From Eledone cirrhosa (taxonomy: Eukaryota), in NCBI GenBank assembly GCA_964016885.1, contig OZ024742.1:220410001-220474000 (forward strand): DNA of 64,000 nucleotides, in the 5' to 3' direction. The notes under the pieces were generated by a model, which saw nothing but the letters and a program-made list of their open reading frames with translations, was not told where the DNA came from and ran no database searches. Each line of letters opens with the position of its first letter. Positions within the stretch are counted from its first letter, which is position 1. Position numbers and translations under genes: made by a program. This document shows, one piece after another, positions 38,830 through 54,257 of this stretch.

Positions 38830-39290
38830 TGGCATGGAGTTGTTTCGGCAAGTTCATAACATCTCACTTTGAAGAATAGCTCCATGCAATCCGTGAATAA
38901 AGAGTCGCTATCAAGTACATAAGTCAAGCTTCACAAAAGACAAAAATCATCAGTTGACAATAAATGCAGAACCAAGACCGAATATGCTTATTTACCCCAA
39001 TTTGGGACCTCAATTTGAAATCATGCTCCTCTAAAGAAAACATGAGAAAAGGAAAATACCTATGGATAAGGCATTTGCAGATTCGTTACCCAAAATATAC
39101 CTTTAGTTTCATACTTAGTTGTAGAGGTCAGCTGTCCACTTGATGTCAATGTGGTAAAAAAAAATGCAAGATAAGGGGGATATCTACGGACCATTGATGA
39201 GGAGTTAGTAGATCCAGTATCCCAAGATACATATTCAGCTTTATCCTCGACATTATTGTAGCAACAGGTTATATCCAACCCGCCTTGACC
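38830..39290 (+). mobile_element. Decayed RLE-type LINE fragment (older family)
   Basis: LVVEVSCPLDVNVVKK remnant; ~130 bp of it recurs at 37604-37742. Confidence 0.45.
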
Positions 39291-39554
39291 AAAGTATAAC
39301 CGAGATTGAACTATTGAAAAAAGGATGTAGCTCCTTTATTCATAAACTAAAAATAGACACGATATTGAGAACATTCAGAATTTGTAAACCATTCTTATGA
39401 TTTAAAGGATGAACGACTGCGCATAGGGACGGCGGAATTGTCCTTTTTACACTCTTGACACCGGAAATGTAGCCGATCAAAATGAACTCGAAATTAAGAA
39501 AAAGAGACATACACACACACTTACATACATTACATGTTTGCATACATACATACG

Positions 39555-39650
39555 TGAAATAAAATGTCTTGCTCAAGAACACCGTAGGGAATCGAACTCA
39601 CAACCTTATGGTCGTGAGCCGAATGCTCTAACCACTAAGCCACGTGCATT
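39555..39650 (-). mobile_element. Second tRNA-derived SINE head
   Basis: Minus strand GTGGCTTAGTGGTTAGAGCATT...GAGTTCGATTCCC followed by GTGTTCTTGAGCAAGACA, a SINE body rather than a tRNA 3' end. Confidence 0.7.
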
Positions 39651-39654
39651 CACA

Positions 39655-39685
<31 letters not shown>

Positions 39686-39912
39686 CATTATCATTTGGAT
39701 TGGCAGTATCGGTAGAGGGTCGGACGCCATGCTTTGCAGCACAGTTACGTCCCTTTACGGTAGAAACAATTATCATTTTTGTCGTCACCATCGTCATCAT
39801 CATTATCATTTTACGTTTTCCATACTAACATAGGCTGGACAGTTTGTTATGTTTCGAATTAGTTCTTATTCAGAAGACAACTTATTCATATGTTCCGTTT
39901 TTGAAATGGTTT

Positions 39913-40580
39913 CTACAGCTGAGTGCCCTCCCTAACCCACCCGCCCCATTTACAAATCGTACTTGATGTATTATATCGTAAGACCAGCTCTAGAAAGTTT
40001 GTCAGGTTTTCTGCCAGCCACACCAATGTCGCTGCGGATCCACCGTGCACGCTTTCGGCCTCCACCCGCTTTCCTGTCACCACAGTGCCCCCGCCTTCCA
40101 CGCCATGCTGCCCTCAACGAGGTCATAAAGCATGGCTTGGATGCTGCAGGCTTCCCTTCCCAGCTCGAGCCGGTGGGGCTGGATCGAGGGGACGGCAAAA
40201 GGCCAGATGGCATGACCATCTTCCCGTTCCGCGGTGGCAAACCTCTCGTCTGGGATGCCACCTGCACCGACACTTTCTGCAGCCGCAACCTGGTGCAGTC
40301 TGCGACTAACCCAGGTTCTGCTGCACGTCTGGCTGAGGAGGCTAAACTCCTCAAATACCGGTCGCTCTCCGACAGGTTTGCGGTTGGACCCCTGGCAGTG
40401 GAGACTTCTGATGTCCTCGGACCTAGGGCTACCTCCCTACTCACCACCATAGGCGCTGAGCTGGCCAGCGGCAGTTGTGAGCCCCGCGAGTTGGAGTGAC
40501 TTTTCCAGCGCGTCTCCCTTGCTATCCTCCGGGGAAACGCCTTTTCCATTCTGACCGCCGGGGCTGTGGTGGAGCCCCAT
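39913..40580 (+). mobile_element. CRE-like (RLE) LINE 3' fragment
   Basis: RHAALN..EP.GL...DGKRPDG...LVWDAT..K..KY..PLAVET restriction-like endonuclease. Confidence 0.85.
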
Positions 40581-41063
40581 CGCGTATCATTCCATATTTA
40601 GTTGTGGTCGGTGTGTGTGTGTGTGTTTGTATATATCGCTTTTGTTTTCATTCAGCATCATGTCATTCTTCATTGCTTTTCTCTACTAATGAATTATATT
40701 TGGAAAAATAAAATAATTAATCGCTATAAAAAAATAAAATAAAAAAAAGTGTATTGTAACTAAAGCGTCCTCTCTAGATATTTTGTTTACATGTAGATAT
40801 ACATAGTGAACAGTAAATGGAGAGATGATCACATCAAATGTGTACTCAACAATGAAAATAATTGTTTCTACGTTAGGCACAAGGCCAGCAATTACCCAGT
40901 GTATTACTGGTACTTTATTTTATCGACCCCGATGTACTTCTGAATAGATACTCAGGCTGTGCAGCTGTTCCATGTGATTGATTTATTGCATACCTACTTA
41001 CTAATAAACTTTTTATTCGCCACGTGTTGATATAAGCGTAGCAATAAACACAGTAAAAATGTA

Positions 41064-41322
41064 AATAATTGTTTCTTCTTTTGGCACAAGGCCAGCAATT
41101 ACCCAGTACATTACTGGTACTTTATTTTATCGACCCCGTAAGGATGAAAGGCAAAGTTAACCTCGACGGGATTTGAACTCAGACCGTAAAGGGACGTAAC
41201 TATGCTGGAAAGCATGGCGTCCGACTCTCTACCGATACTGCCAAAATAATTGTTTCTACTTTAGGCACAAGGCCAGCAAATACCCAGTGCATTACTGGTA
41301 CTTTATTTTATCGACCCCGTAA
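41064..41322 (-). mobile_element. Tandem full plus partial Nin-domain SINE
   Basis: Full copy 41064-41243 directly followed by a partial copy. Confidence 0.85.
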
Positions 41323-42906
41323 GAAAGAACATGTCATGTTTTTAATTGACGTCACTAGACATTCTAGTTCCAGAACTCCAGTGGTATCTGGCGCTTTGTC
41401 TGGGTGACGGATTAAGGAATGTCCTGTACATAAGTAGGATAACCGCGATATAAGCTTGTGTACCAGTTGAATAATCAGTAATGAACCAAAACCCGCGAAA
41501 CCACCTGAATGCAGTGGTCCAGAGCCAACAAGCTGAACTCAAAAGTGCTGCAGAAATTCTATGATGGTTTCGTGATAAGGTAAGTAAAGGTGCCATAATT
41601 AACCTTGTTCACACTGAGGGCGTTTATTAGGCAGGTTGAAATAAAGCTGAGACCAGCAATTCTTTGCTGCTTCCTGTTGGCTCCTTTGTCTTGCAGCTTT
41701 GCTTGCCAAGTGGATAACTGGCAAGCATCAAGCGATGTCATTGAAGACTACACCGCCTCTGTATCAGCATTATAAATAATTCTTGGTACAGGCTTTGTTT
41801 TTCTCTTTTATATTACATGTTCTACGGCGATAGGCAGCATGTGGCTGGAACAATCGAGGACGTTGATGAATGTTTCTAGTATGGAACCAGTGTGTATGGC
41901 GGCTTTATTGTGGTGGCCATTTTGAAATATACTCTGTAGCAAATATTTGACTCATGTCGTGTTAGAATAACTCAGCAACCTTATCTTAGGAGAGTACTGC
42001 CTACCCAAAATTGGGAGGGTACCCAAATATAAAATAGGACTCTTAAAGAAAGCTTGCTCGAGAATGCACTCTACCAGGAAACTGCACCTGATGAGTCATG
42101 CCCTCAATGTGATCGGAAATCTAAGAAGCGCTCTAAATAAAAAGACTTTACTGCGAAAGATAATGCTTTATGTTGAGCTGACTGAGCGTTCTCATTGACG
42201 TGGTGGTCTTACGAAGTGTTGGAATGTCCACTGGAGCACATTCTCACAGCCTGTGCAATTCCTTCCAATGATCTTTAAGGACTCACTGTGAATCAGAAAG
42301 TGTTGAGGAGAATTGTGAATGATGGTGTGCAACACACTAGGCAACGGGATGATTTAAGGGCAGCATTTGTCAAATTCGGTCATCCCATATTGAGATTGTG
42401 GTTTTTCATCCATGTCCGGTTTGTCTCCGGATCTGTCTTACACATATTGGACGCACGAGTATATCTCGTCTACGAGTTCATCAGAGGCGTGGTCGAGACA
42501 TTTGAAGAGAAGCAACGTCATTATCGAATCGATAGACAGCCAGCAGCAGCATAGAAAACGGGTTGTATATTTGACATGTCAATCCCTCTAAATACAGTCT
42601 TTTTTGTTGTAAGATTTAAAATGTAATATAAAATGAGTGGAAGGGAAAAATAAAATATAAAATGAGAAGAGACAAAAAGTCTAATTTCGTTTATTAGCCA
42701 ACGGTGTGTTACGTTATCTGTTGATTAAACAACAATCAATATCTATTAGTTACTACACTGATATTGGTTTGTGATATAGGGTTCAATCACCAAACATATA
42801 TTAACATGAATAAGGCAGGGAAATGAGAATGTATGATGCTCCTGACTTTTCCAAGATCATTATAATTTAGGGCAACAGAAATCCTTATTATTAAATCATT
42901 ACTCAA

Positions 42907-43115
42907 AGCGATGGATTGGCAGTATCGGTAAAGCTTTGCAGTATATAGTTACCCTCTTTACGTTCTGACTTCAAATCCCACTGAGAATAGCTTTGCCTTT
43001 CATCCTCACGAGGTCGATAAAATAAAGTACCAGTAACGCACTGGGGTCGATTTAATCAACTTTTTCACCCACCCCCAAAATTGTTGGTTGTGTGCCTAAA
43101 TCAGAAACCATTATT
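42907..43115 (+). mobile_element. Nin-domain SINE, longer subfamily
   Basis: Same head and core, with an extra GGGGTCGATTTAATCAAC segment. Confidence 0.75.
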
Positions 43116-44563
43116 AAAACATTAATCTAATGCAATCTTTCCCAAAGTGGGTTCCGAGGAAACCCGCAATGTCATGAAAATTTTCTGGAGTTCCATGAGA
43201 TGTTTTTTAATGAAATATGGTAACAATTTTTCAGTTTATTTTTCTAAATATGAATAATTCCCTGTCAAAACATTTTTTTGTTTCAATTAGAATTAATATG
43301 GCAATGAAGAGGACGACATTAAGACCGTTACAGGCCCTAAGCACAGCAAAGATCATAATACCCCATATAATGTATATGGAACAAATCCAATTATACTGTA
43401 CTGGAAAAAAAACTCTATGGGGTGCCTCTTTATTTGAGGCCCTAAATACGTGTTTGTTTTGCCTCGATTCCATACTGGATTTTCGTATTAAGAGAAGAGC
43501 CGATGTGCCAACTGATCACCAACAAGTTATCTGCAGCCTAAGACTATCTAAAGCCAAGAAAGCCTACAATCAAAGGCTGGTAGTGATTTCCAATAAAATA
43601 TATGTATGGGTTTGATAAAATCGTATAAGAGTTCCACGACAAAATAAGTTTCAGAACCATTTCCCCGATTAATATCTTCGTATAGGAAGATAGTGAAAAA
43701 ATGAAATACTACACAAATTCTCAAAATATTGAATTTTTTTATCATTTCTAGAGTAATTTTAATAGGCTTAACACATAACCTCCAAATACTTAGCAACCCC
43801 CAAAATGCCTTTTAACTTGACTCGCGCTCATCCTTTTTTTTAATGCCAGGGGTTGCGACCGGTAGATATTATTAGCAATGGAAAGACCTCATTCTGTTAC
43901 CCCACTCGATAAGAGAATGAAGTCTGGGATCTTGTCGATCGATCAATAAAAAGATAAATAAATATGTTGTGGCTTGTTTAATTACATATGTCTACACTGC
44001 ATAAATAAATTAGGTGATGTAAAGTAGTTTTACCAACGAATTTCTTATTAGTCTTTTTCTCTCTTTAATCATTCTCTCGACAGATCACACTTAAAATAGC
44101 TTTCATTTCGACCAATTAAGCAAACTTTATAGAAATTATACACTACCAGTCCACGATGACAAATTGGTAGAATTATTAAAGCATGGGGAGGGGGTAATCT
44201 GTTCAAGATATTTCCCTTCTGGTAGCAATGCCTGATATAACACCTGAGCCAAACAGTATTTATTGGCTTCAATTTTTCTCTTGGAAAACCATTAACTTAG
44301 ATTGGTGGTGATAATTGTGTTTCTTATATATGCCAATATAATCTAAATTTATCAATACAATAATCATCCTTGTTATAGGAAAATTCTAAACCATTGTCTC
44401 TATTTAACCAAGTGCAGGGGCGGAGATTCACCTGCTGAGGCTCTAAGCTATATGAAATTTGAGGCCTTCCTCGAAAAAAGATTTAAATAATTATACATTA
44501 TTTTTTAAATATTAATGTTAATAATAAAGAATAAATTATATATATATATATATTGTGTGTGTG

Positions 44564-45356
44564 TGTAACGGAATTCTCCTATAAATTACCCGACGAAGAT
44601 TCGAAACTGAATCTAAGAGTTCTCGCATCTGGGACCACCTATTGTTGGAAGTTCCCACGATTGTCCCGTCAAGAAACAGTATGATAAACGTACATACCAC
44701 TTGACCTGTGACCTAGACAGAAGAAACACAGATGGCTGATCATAAATCAACCCCATATACACATCCTTCTAGCTATAGGGTTATTATAAATAAAATGACT
44801 TAGGGAATCCATCAGCCTGACCGAAGCAAGCAGTCCGTGTTAAGGTTAACGATGTAGCAGACCTTTCACTCTATCCCTCTCTCCTGGCCTTACTGGCTTT
44901 CACCTTCTCGGACACAGACTACAGCCAGACAGCCAGACCGAAGCACGCAGTCCTAGAGAGAATAACGATGTAGCCAATTCACTTTTACCCTTTCTCTCTC
45001 CTGGTCTCACTGGTTCTCACCTTCTCGGCCACGGACTACGCCAACAGACAAGAGACCACGAACCAACAGTCCTTGAGACGAATAACGTATACTAAGAAAA
45101 GACACACACACACACAGAGTAAATTTCATCTATTCTTCCGTCTCCCTGCCATATTGTATCGTCGTATTGATACATGCATTCACGCTAGCTCGAAGTAACT
45201 AGCCAGAAAATAATGTAGTGATAACTCCTGTTATAAATATTATTACTCGATGTTCAAAGTGAATATTGTTATTGTAAAATAAACATTGTTAACATCACAA
45301 TTCTGGCATTATTCTTTCTACTAATCATCCATCAAAGAATACATTTATCCACTACA
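44564..45356 (+). mobile_element. Probable solo LTR
   Basis: TGT...ACA termini, an internal ~115-bp tandem duplication (44847-45090), AATAAA near the 3' end and no ORF. Confidence 0.5.
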
Positions 45357-45415
45357 TATACATACTGTATGTAGCAAGGGTTTGGTGTATATATATATAT
45401 ATATACATATATATC

Positions 45416-45451
<36 letters not shown>

Positions 45452-45772
45452 CATTATGGTTCGTGTTAAGAAGGGTATCAAGCCGTAGAAACCAAGCCAG
45501 AAGAATTCTGTATGAGGAAAACACGGTCATCTGATCACAACGGGCCAACTCGACTAACTTATGCTAGCGTGGAAAAATGGAAGTTAAATGATGATGATGA
45601 TGATGATATATAATTTTTCATGATTTAGTGTTAAAGAATAAAAGCTGGTGCTCAAATATTAATATAACACACACTAGGTGTGTGTTGCCCTAAGCAATAG
45701 CCTATTTTAGTATTAGGTACATCCAGCACTGACCAAAGCCATAGAAGTTAGTTCGTTTGTTGAAGGTGCCTA

Positions 45773-45834
<62 letters not shown>

Positions 45835-46242
45835 GGGTGGTGGAAGCATTTATGAACTGTGGGTGCCATAATTTGGACAATTTAGTTGTAGTAATTAGTT
45901 TACCTCTTTGCACTCTGAAATGGTCAGAAGACTTCGATATGCGATAAACATAACATGTACATAAATTGTAGCGCATATCCAAATAGATGTGTGTTTTGGT
46001 AGTTTGGGGAAAAAAATAATTATTGGAATTCCACCGCCACTGTATTTATATAATTTTTAAAAAATATGAGAGGGGGGAGTCTAGATAAAAATACAGGCAG
46101 TCAGACAGTGAGAAGGGGGCGGGCAAAAACCACAAACCCTCCATCTCAATTCTACTTTTAAAAAATATAAGAACTGTGAAACCGGTAAAGGAAACAAATA
46201 AATATTCTTAAAAAGACTACAGTTGCATTTTCTATTTCTTTT

Positions 46243-46308
<66 letters not shown>

Positions 46309-46378
46309 AAAAAAAGCTGGAATCGAAAATGCAACTGGAGTCTTATTTTAAAAAAATATATATATATTTATTTGGTTC

Positions 46379-46414
46379 CTTTACCGGTTTCGCAGTTCTT
46401 CTGCTTTTCAAAAG
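46379..46414 (-). ncRNA. Minimal hammerhead, U3-A8 variant
   Basis: CTT-TTGAAAA-GCAG-aagaa-CTGC-GAAA-CCGG-TA-AAG. Confidence 0.65.
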
Positions 46415-47502
46415 TAGAGTTGAGATGGAGGGTTTGTGGTTTTTCTCACATCTGGTTGCTCTTTGAATGTTACTTGTTTTATATGGAAAAAAGTGGCTCG
46501 AAACGCCAGGTTTTTAGAGAAGAATTTTGATTGATTGGTCAATAAGTATAATAAATTTCGCGCCAGTTCGCGTTACAAAGTTCTTCAAACAAGGGGGGGG
46601 GGCTCAGGTTGTTTTTTCATATATGAGTGTTTGAATTTCTTTTTACTTAAAAAAAGGGGGCTCACGAAGGCTTTTTTTTTTAATGTAATTTGATTGGTTA
46701 TAAATAAAATTATGGCTGTCACGTGAACAAGTTCATTAAATTCGCACCCGTATTTGGGAATTTATTTTGTAGTCTTTTAGAGAATTTTATGACAATAAGA
46801 AAAGTTGCTCACGAAGGCGTTTTTGTTTTTTTAATGTAATTTGATTGGTTATAAATGAAATTGCGGATGTCACGTGAACAAGTTCCGCGCCCGTATTTGG
46901 GAATTTATTTTGTAAACTTTTAGAGAATTTTATGACAAGCAAAAGAATGGTCAAGAGAAATGGGATGGGAGAATTGTTCTGGTTCAGTGAATATGGCTAG
47001 TTCGCTGGGGTGTCAGAGTTCAGATTTTCTATTGAAATAAAGAAAGTAGACATGTGTATGTTTATTTGTGTGTGTGTGTCTGTGTGTGTATAGGAAGATG
47101 ATTCTATTGGTAGAAATGGGGGAGGGAGTTGTGTGTGTATGGGTGTTATGTGTGTGGGGGGGTGGGAGTATGTTAAGATAGAGAGAATATATATATTTTG
47201 TGTAGGAAAGTGGTTCTATTAGTAGAAATGGGGGAGGGGGTTGTGTGTGTGTGAGGGGGGGGGGGGGTTATCTGTGTGTGTATGGGTGTTATGTGTGTGG
47301 GAGTTTGGTTAGCATGTTAAGATGAAGAGAATATATATTTTGTGTGTGTGTATGTGTGTGTTTAGGAAAATTATTCCGTTAGTAGGAATATTTTTGAATG
47401 AACATATTTTCTTTACTTATTCGTATTTGTTCTGTTGTATTGTCAGCGCAAACGTATGTTAACGTTTATTTAGTTCGCGTTTTTATTTTCTAAAGTAGGT
47501 GT

Positions 47503-47626
<124 letters not shown>

Positions 47627-49479
47627 GATGGTTAGCATGTTATGGTGTTGACATAATGCATATTAAACCATATTTAATGCTGGTCTATATTTTTGAATAA
47701 ACATATTTTCCTTATTTATTCGTATTTGTTCTGTTGTATTGTCAGCGCAAAGGTAAAATGGGAAGACTTGGAATTTGGGTGTCTTATTACTTGCGCAAAT
47801 GTCTAGATGTGCGCTTAGTGATATCTGTCTCGTGGTTGGATCTCGTAATTGTTGGCGATGAACTGTCATTCTATTTCTGAGTGTGAGTTTAGTTTGTCCT
47901 ATATAATCTTCATTGCATCCTTTACATGGTATAAAATAGATTTTTTTGATGAGCAAGTGAAGTGATTTTTTACAGCAAAATTTTGTCCTGATTTAAATGT
48001 ATACGTGTTGCCTTCAATGAGGTGAGTGCAGGTTCCACAATTAGAGCGACCACATTTTTTGACAGTTGGGTTGTGGGTTTGTGGTAGGTAATTTGGCATT
48101 GGTGAGTAATGTTTTTAGTGATTTCGGTATGTCTTTTGCTTTTGATTATTTTGTGTGTTTCAAGGGCTTTTTTCATTCTTGGGTCTTGTTTCAGTAGTGG
48201 GATGTTCTTGTGAATAGTGTTGTAAGCTTCCGCATTTCTTGGGTTGTGTGTTGAGATATATGATAAAATATTGGACGTACCTTGAATTTGTTTCTGTTTT
48301 CGTAATTCATCAATGATTATTACTTTAGCCCTTTCTATTCCATTATTTATTAGTAATGGTGGGTACTGACTTTCGAGTAGAATCTCCTTTAATTCTTGAA
48401 GTCTTTTATTTCGCGTTTCATAATTGGAGACAATTGTGCAAATTCTTCTTGCTAGGTTAAAAGGAATGTTCGTCTTCGTGTGCTTTGGATGGTTGGGGGT
48501 GAATAGCAGGTATTGTTTGGAATCTGTTGGTTTGTAGTGTATGTCAGTTTCAATATTTGTGCCTTTTTTAAGATTAAGATGTCCAGAAATGGGAGTTGAT
48601 CTTGGCTGTTTTCCATTGTGAATTGGATGTGGTTATTGATGCCGTTTATTAAATTTTTGAAATCATTCAGTTGATCGAGTGTGTGGGGCCAAAGATTGAG
48701 ACAATCATCCAAGTAGCGTTTCCAATTTTCTGATAAATATTTGTGGAAGTTCAATTCGTATTTTAATTTGGACTATTCATAAATCTAGACTTCCAAGTAT
48801 GCCATGACTAAGTTGGGATAAGTCGGAGCGGCTTTTGTACCCATCGCAGTCCCCGATATTTGCTTGTAAGTACTGCATCGAAATCAAAAAAGTTGTTCTG
48901 TAAGATAAATTTTAATCCCTCGGTGATGAAGCTTTTTTTTATTCTGCCAGGTATGTCATTGGGATATTTCTCTAGGTTTAATATACATTATGTCAACACC
49001 ATAACATGCTAACCATTCAAACAGACACATACACACATAACATCTTCTACTTTAGAAAATAAAAACCCGAACTAAATAAAACTTAACATACGTTTGCGCT
49101 GACAATACAACAGAACAAATACTAATAAGTAAGGAAAATATATTCATTCAAAAATATTCCTACTAACGGAATCATTTTCCTACACACACACACACACACA
49201 CACAGACACACACACACACACACACAAAATATATATTCTCTTCACCTTAACATGCTAACCATACTCCCACACACACATAACACCCATACACACACACATA
49301 ACACCCGCCACACACAACTCCCTCCCCCATTTCTACTAATAGAATCACTTTACTACATACACACACACACAAAATATATATATTCTCTCCATCTTAACAC
49401 ACTCCACACACACACACATAACACCCATATACACACACACCAACTCCCTCCCCCATTTCTACCAATAGAATCATCTTCC

Positions 49480-49604
<125 letters not shown>

Positions 49605-50248
49605 AAATAAACATACATATGTCTACTTTCTTTATTTCAATAGAAAATCTGAACTCTGACACCCCAGCGAATTAGTCATATTCACTGAACCAGAACAATT
49701 CTCCTATCCCATTTCTCTTGACCATTCTTTTGCTTGTCATAAAATTCTCTAAAAGGCTACAAAATAAATTCCCAAATACGGGTGCGAAATTTAATGAACT
49801 TGTTCACGTGACAACCGCATTTTCATTTATAACCAAGCAAATAACATTTTTTTTTTAAAAAGCCTTCGTGAGCAACTTTTTTTATTGTCATAAAATTCTC
49901 TAAAAGGCTACAAAATAAATTCCCAAATACGGGCGCGAAATTTAATGAACTTGTTCACGTGACAACCATAATTTCATTTATAACCAATCAAATTACATTT
50001 TTTAAAAAAAGCCTTCGTGAGCCCCTTTTTTTTAAGTAAAAAGAAATGAAAAAACAACCTGGACCCCCTCTTGTTTGAAGAACTTTGTAACGCGAACTGG
50101 CGCGAAATTTATTATACTTATTGACCAACCAATCAAATTACTTCTCTAAAAATCTGGCGTTTCGAGCCACTTTTTTCCATATAAAACAAGTAACATTCAA
50201 AGAGCAACCAGATGTAAGAATAACCACAGACTCTCCATCTCAACTCTA

Positions 50249-50281
50249 CTTTTGAAAAGCAGAACTGCGAAACCGGTAAAG
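50249..50281 (+). ncRNA. Minimal hammerhead, U3-A8 variant
   Basis: CTT-TTGAAAA-GCAG-aa-CTGC-GAAA-CCGG-TA-AAG. Confidence 0.6.
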
Positions 50282-50417
50282 GAACCAAATAAATATATAT
50301 ATATTTTTTTTAAATAAGACTACAGTTCATTTTCGATTTCATCTTTTTTTCTTTATACTTTCACTCGTGTAGGACACCTCGGTTATTTTTCATTTTGTAA
50401 AAAAGCCTCACTTTCTA

Positions 50418-50534
<117 letters not shown>

Positions 50535-51786
50535 TTCATTCATTTATTATAGCAATTGTTGAGCTTTGTTACTCTAAAGTTTCACCTGCACACTCACAGG
50601 ATCACCAGTCTTGTCTGGTGGGTACGCAGATGAGACTCTAGATTAACAAGGCTTAGCCATAATAAATGAATATTTAAACTCTAACTCGGTATTAAGTTTT
50701 CATTCTTACGTCCGTCAATAATTCACGTACTCTCAGGTCTTGAATAATGCCCCCCTTAATAATTTGTCAGATTTTTGCCACCACCCACCCACTTATTAAA
50801 TTTTGTTAATCTATCTCCGGCAAAATTCATCATTCATATTGATACAGCAGCTGGAGAATCTAATAATAATTTTATTTTACATTAAAAAAAAACATTATAT
50901 ATGACAAAAGAAGAACATTACAAGAAATTCCATATTTACGAACGTACACTAAACAATTACTGATTTCCAAGCCACCCCAATTATTGCCACCACCCTTCCT
51001 ATAATTTGGGATCCGAGAGTGCCAACAAACTCTCCTCTGTTCTATGTCTATCACACAAATCTCTCTTTTAATCCCCTCTCTCTATCTACTAAAACCAAAC
51101 CCAACCCCTCTTTATATCTACCACGACACCGCCTCTCTTATCCCATTCTCTACATCTAAGACTAATAAATCCACTCTCTCACTCTATAAATATCTAAACT
51201 TATCTCTCCCAATCCCCACTCTCTATATAAATTACCAGCAATCTCCCCCCCCCCTCTCTATATCTACTACACGGTACTCTCTTCCATTCCCCCTCTCTAT
51301 ATCAATTAACACCAAACTCTCCCCCTCTATATATCAATTAACACAAAACTCTCACCCTCTCTATATTTAGTAGACGGAACTCTCTTCAAATTTCTCTATA
51401 TATATCAATTACCACCAAACTATCCCCCTCTCTATATCTACCATACAACACTCACTCTCATTCCCTCACACTCTATCCATCACTACCAAACTCTCCCCCT
51501 CTGTATATCTACTACACAGAACTCTCTTCAAATTCCTCTCTGTATATCAATAAATATCAATTTCTCCCCCGCTCTATATCTAATATACAACACACTCTCC
51601 CAACCTTCTTCCCTATGTCAATTACCACCAAACTCTCCCCCTCTCTATATGTAGATATATTTCTTCCATCGCTCTCTACATTACATGTACATAAATTGTA
51701 GCGCATATATATATATAGGAAAATGTTTAACCCCGACGGCATAGCTCAAGCCGTTTCGACGGCTGTATATATATATATATATATAA

Positions 51787-52131
51787 ATTGAAAAAGTGAA
51801 GAATAACATGGTCAACAGTACAAAAAAGGGATTTATTTATAATCTGACAATTGTTTCACTGATTAAGTTGTTTAAAAATTGCTGAACACTTAAAGCAGTG
51901 CCACTCAATTTCAAATATGTTGTTAGCTTAACCAGATCATCGATGATCTGGTTAAGCTAACAACCAGTTATCTCCGATGGTCTGGTTAAGCTAACATCGT
52001 ATTTGAAATTGAGTGGCACTGCTTTAAGTGTTCAGCAATTTTTAGACAACTTAATCAGTGAAACAATTGTCAGACTGTAAATAAATCCCTTTTTTGTACT
52101 GTTGACCATGTTATTCTTCACTTTTTCAATT
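51787..52131. repeat. Fold-back pLTR-like repeat with decayed long-stem-II hammerhead
   Basis: ~150-bp arms and a 46-bp perfect palindrome at 51919-51964. GAAA-CAATTG-TC-AGA near 52060-52074. Confidence 0.85.
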
Positions 52132-52294
52132 GTATTGCTCCAAGATAAACTTACATAGGAATACAAGTGAAATCATAAACTCGCCACCTACGTAAACCTA
52201 TTGTTGAGTCAAACAACGCCGTACGCTAAAACTATCCATAATAAGAAGTATTCACAACCTCTAATTGGATTACCTATAACGATATATTGTTATC

Positions 52295-52378
<84 letters not shown>

Positions 52379-52740
52379 AACCCCGACGGCAGAGCTCAAG
52401 CCGTTTCGACGGCTATTGCTGGACTAAATTAGAATTTTTAGTGTGGTAAATAAATAGCCGAAATTTTCAAGGGTTAATTCCTTATATGGGAAGATTGTAG
52501 TTGTCAAGAGGATTGGTCGAAATTTCTTGCAAACCTAATTAAGTCTATCATGGCAGTGGGTGGGAGGCGGGGTGGCTGAACTTGCCTGTAGAAGAATGAG
52601 GGAGTGGGTGGAGCCGGTCAAGCGTTGAAAGTGAATTCTATACAGCAAATTCTAAGGATAGTGAAAATGGGCTAGAGGAAGCAGGCGAAAACGGATTCTG
52701 GAGAAAATAGAGAAGGGACGTTATAGAATAGGTAAATCAA

Positions 52741-53027
52741 TTGAGATTAGAAGATAGTAAGTAAATTAAAAAGTATAAAAATGTAGAATTGGATAGTAGG
52801 AAGTGATAAAAAAAATCTCTAGAGTCTAAAACAGCTGCTATATTTAGTTGGTATTGCGTTTTCGGCCAATGCTATAGACTAGGTTAATCAGTTGAGAATA
52901 GAAGATACTAAATAAATAAATAAAAACTTTTTAATTATAGAATTGGGTAGTAAAAAGTAATACAAAATCTCTAGGGTCTAAAACAGCTGCTATAATTAGT
53001 TGGTATTGCGTTTTCTGCCAATGCTAT
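52741..53027. repeat. ~150-bp tandem duplication
   Basis: TTGAGA.TAGAAGATA...GGTATTGCGTTTTC.GCCAATGCTAT occurs twice. Confidence 0.75.
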
Positions 53028-53418
53028 CTATAATTTACTGTGGTGGGGGTACTGAGGCTACAGAAGCCCGATGGGCTGCCTCGGAGTAGGCGAAAGGAGA
53101 AAAAGTAAAAGGAAGAGGATAGGGAGTGGGAGGAAGTGATAGGAAGAGATAAAGGGAAGAAGAAAATAAGAAGGAAAAGAAAAGCGGTACATCTACCTAT
53201 GTTAGCTGGGGTTTCCTCTATCTTGTTCGGCAAGTGGGGAAAAAGTGGATGTTGCAGCCATTGTCTACCCACCCGGGTCATTAGGAGGTTTGAGGGCGAG
53301 GTAAGTCCTACGCAATCGGTGTTTGCTTGCAGTTACAAGTTCGTCTTTTTTGTTTAGGAGTTGGTCCTTCGTAAACAGCATTTGTAATGTTTCCTCCGAG
53401 CATAAGTTACACGGATAT

Positions 53419-53454
<36 letters not shown>

Positions 53455-53467
53455 GTGTGTATGTGTG

Positions 53468-53603
<136 letters not shown>

Positions 53604-53727
53604 GGCATGAATTGAAGCTCACAGGGGAATGGGTATTCGATTCATTTCATGAACATCGTTGTTTGTCCGTTCCCTTGACACTTCAATTTGGGAGTACCTC
53701 CTTGATTGTAACTTTATTATGTAAGAC

Positions 53728-53805
53728 GCTGTCTGAAGAGAGCATGGCAGTGGATTCTACGCCGAATTGCGCAGCCAATGTCGTCCTCGAAATATGTATC
53801 ACAGC
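53728..53805 (+). ncRNA. Type I hammerhead ribozyme
   Basis: GCTGT-CTGAAGA-GAG...CTC-GAAA-TATGTA-TC-ACAGC followed by AATAAA. Confidence 0.75.
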
Positions 53806-53926
53806 CTTATCAATAAAGGACTTTATCATCTAAACTTTGTATTTCCTTATTCTAAAAATACTTCGTCACTCCTGTGTGGAAAATGCACGTTGAGTTCTTG
53901 AATTGAATTACATCAATATTTTTACA

Positions 53927-54048
<122 letters not shown>

Positions 54049-54149
54049 GTGTGTATGAGAATTTCGTATCTCCAAAGAAATACGGTTTTAGGAAGCCGTA
54101 GCTATGCAAACACCAGGGGGCTATGCTTGAAGCGAAATCTTATTTCTTT

Positions 54150-54257
<108 letters not shown>

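Noticed and set aside
41340-42570. GC-richer, coding-like segment
   Set aside because: No sustained ORF or convincing motif in any frame. It may be a decayed transposon but cannot be assigned.
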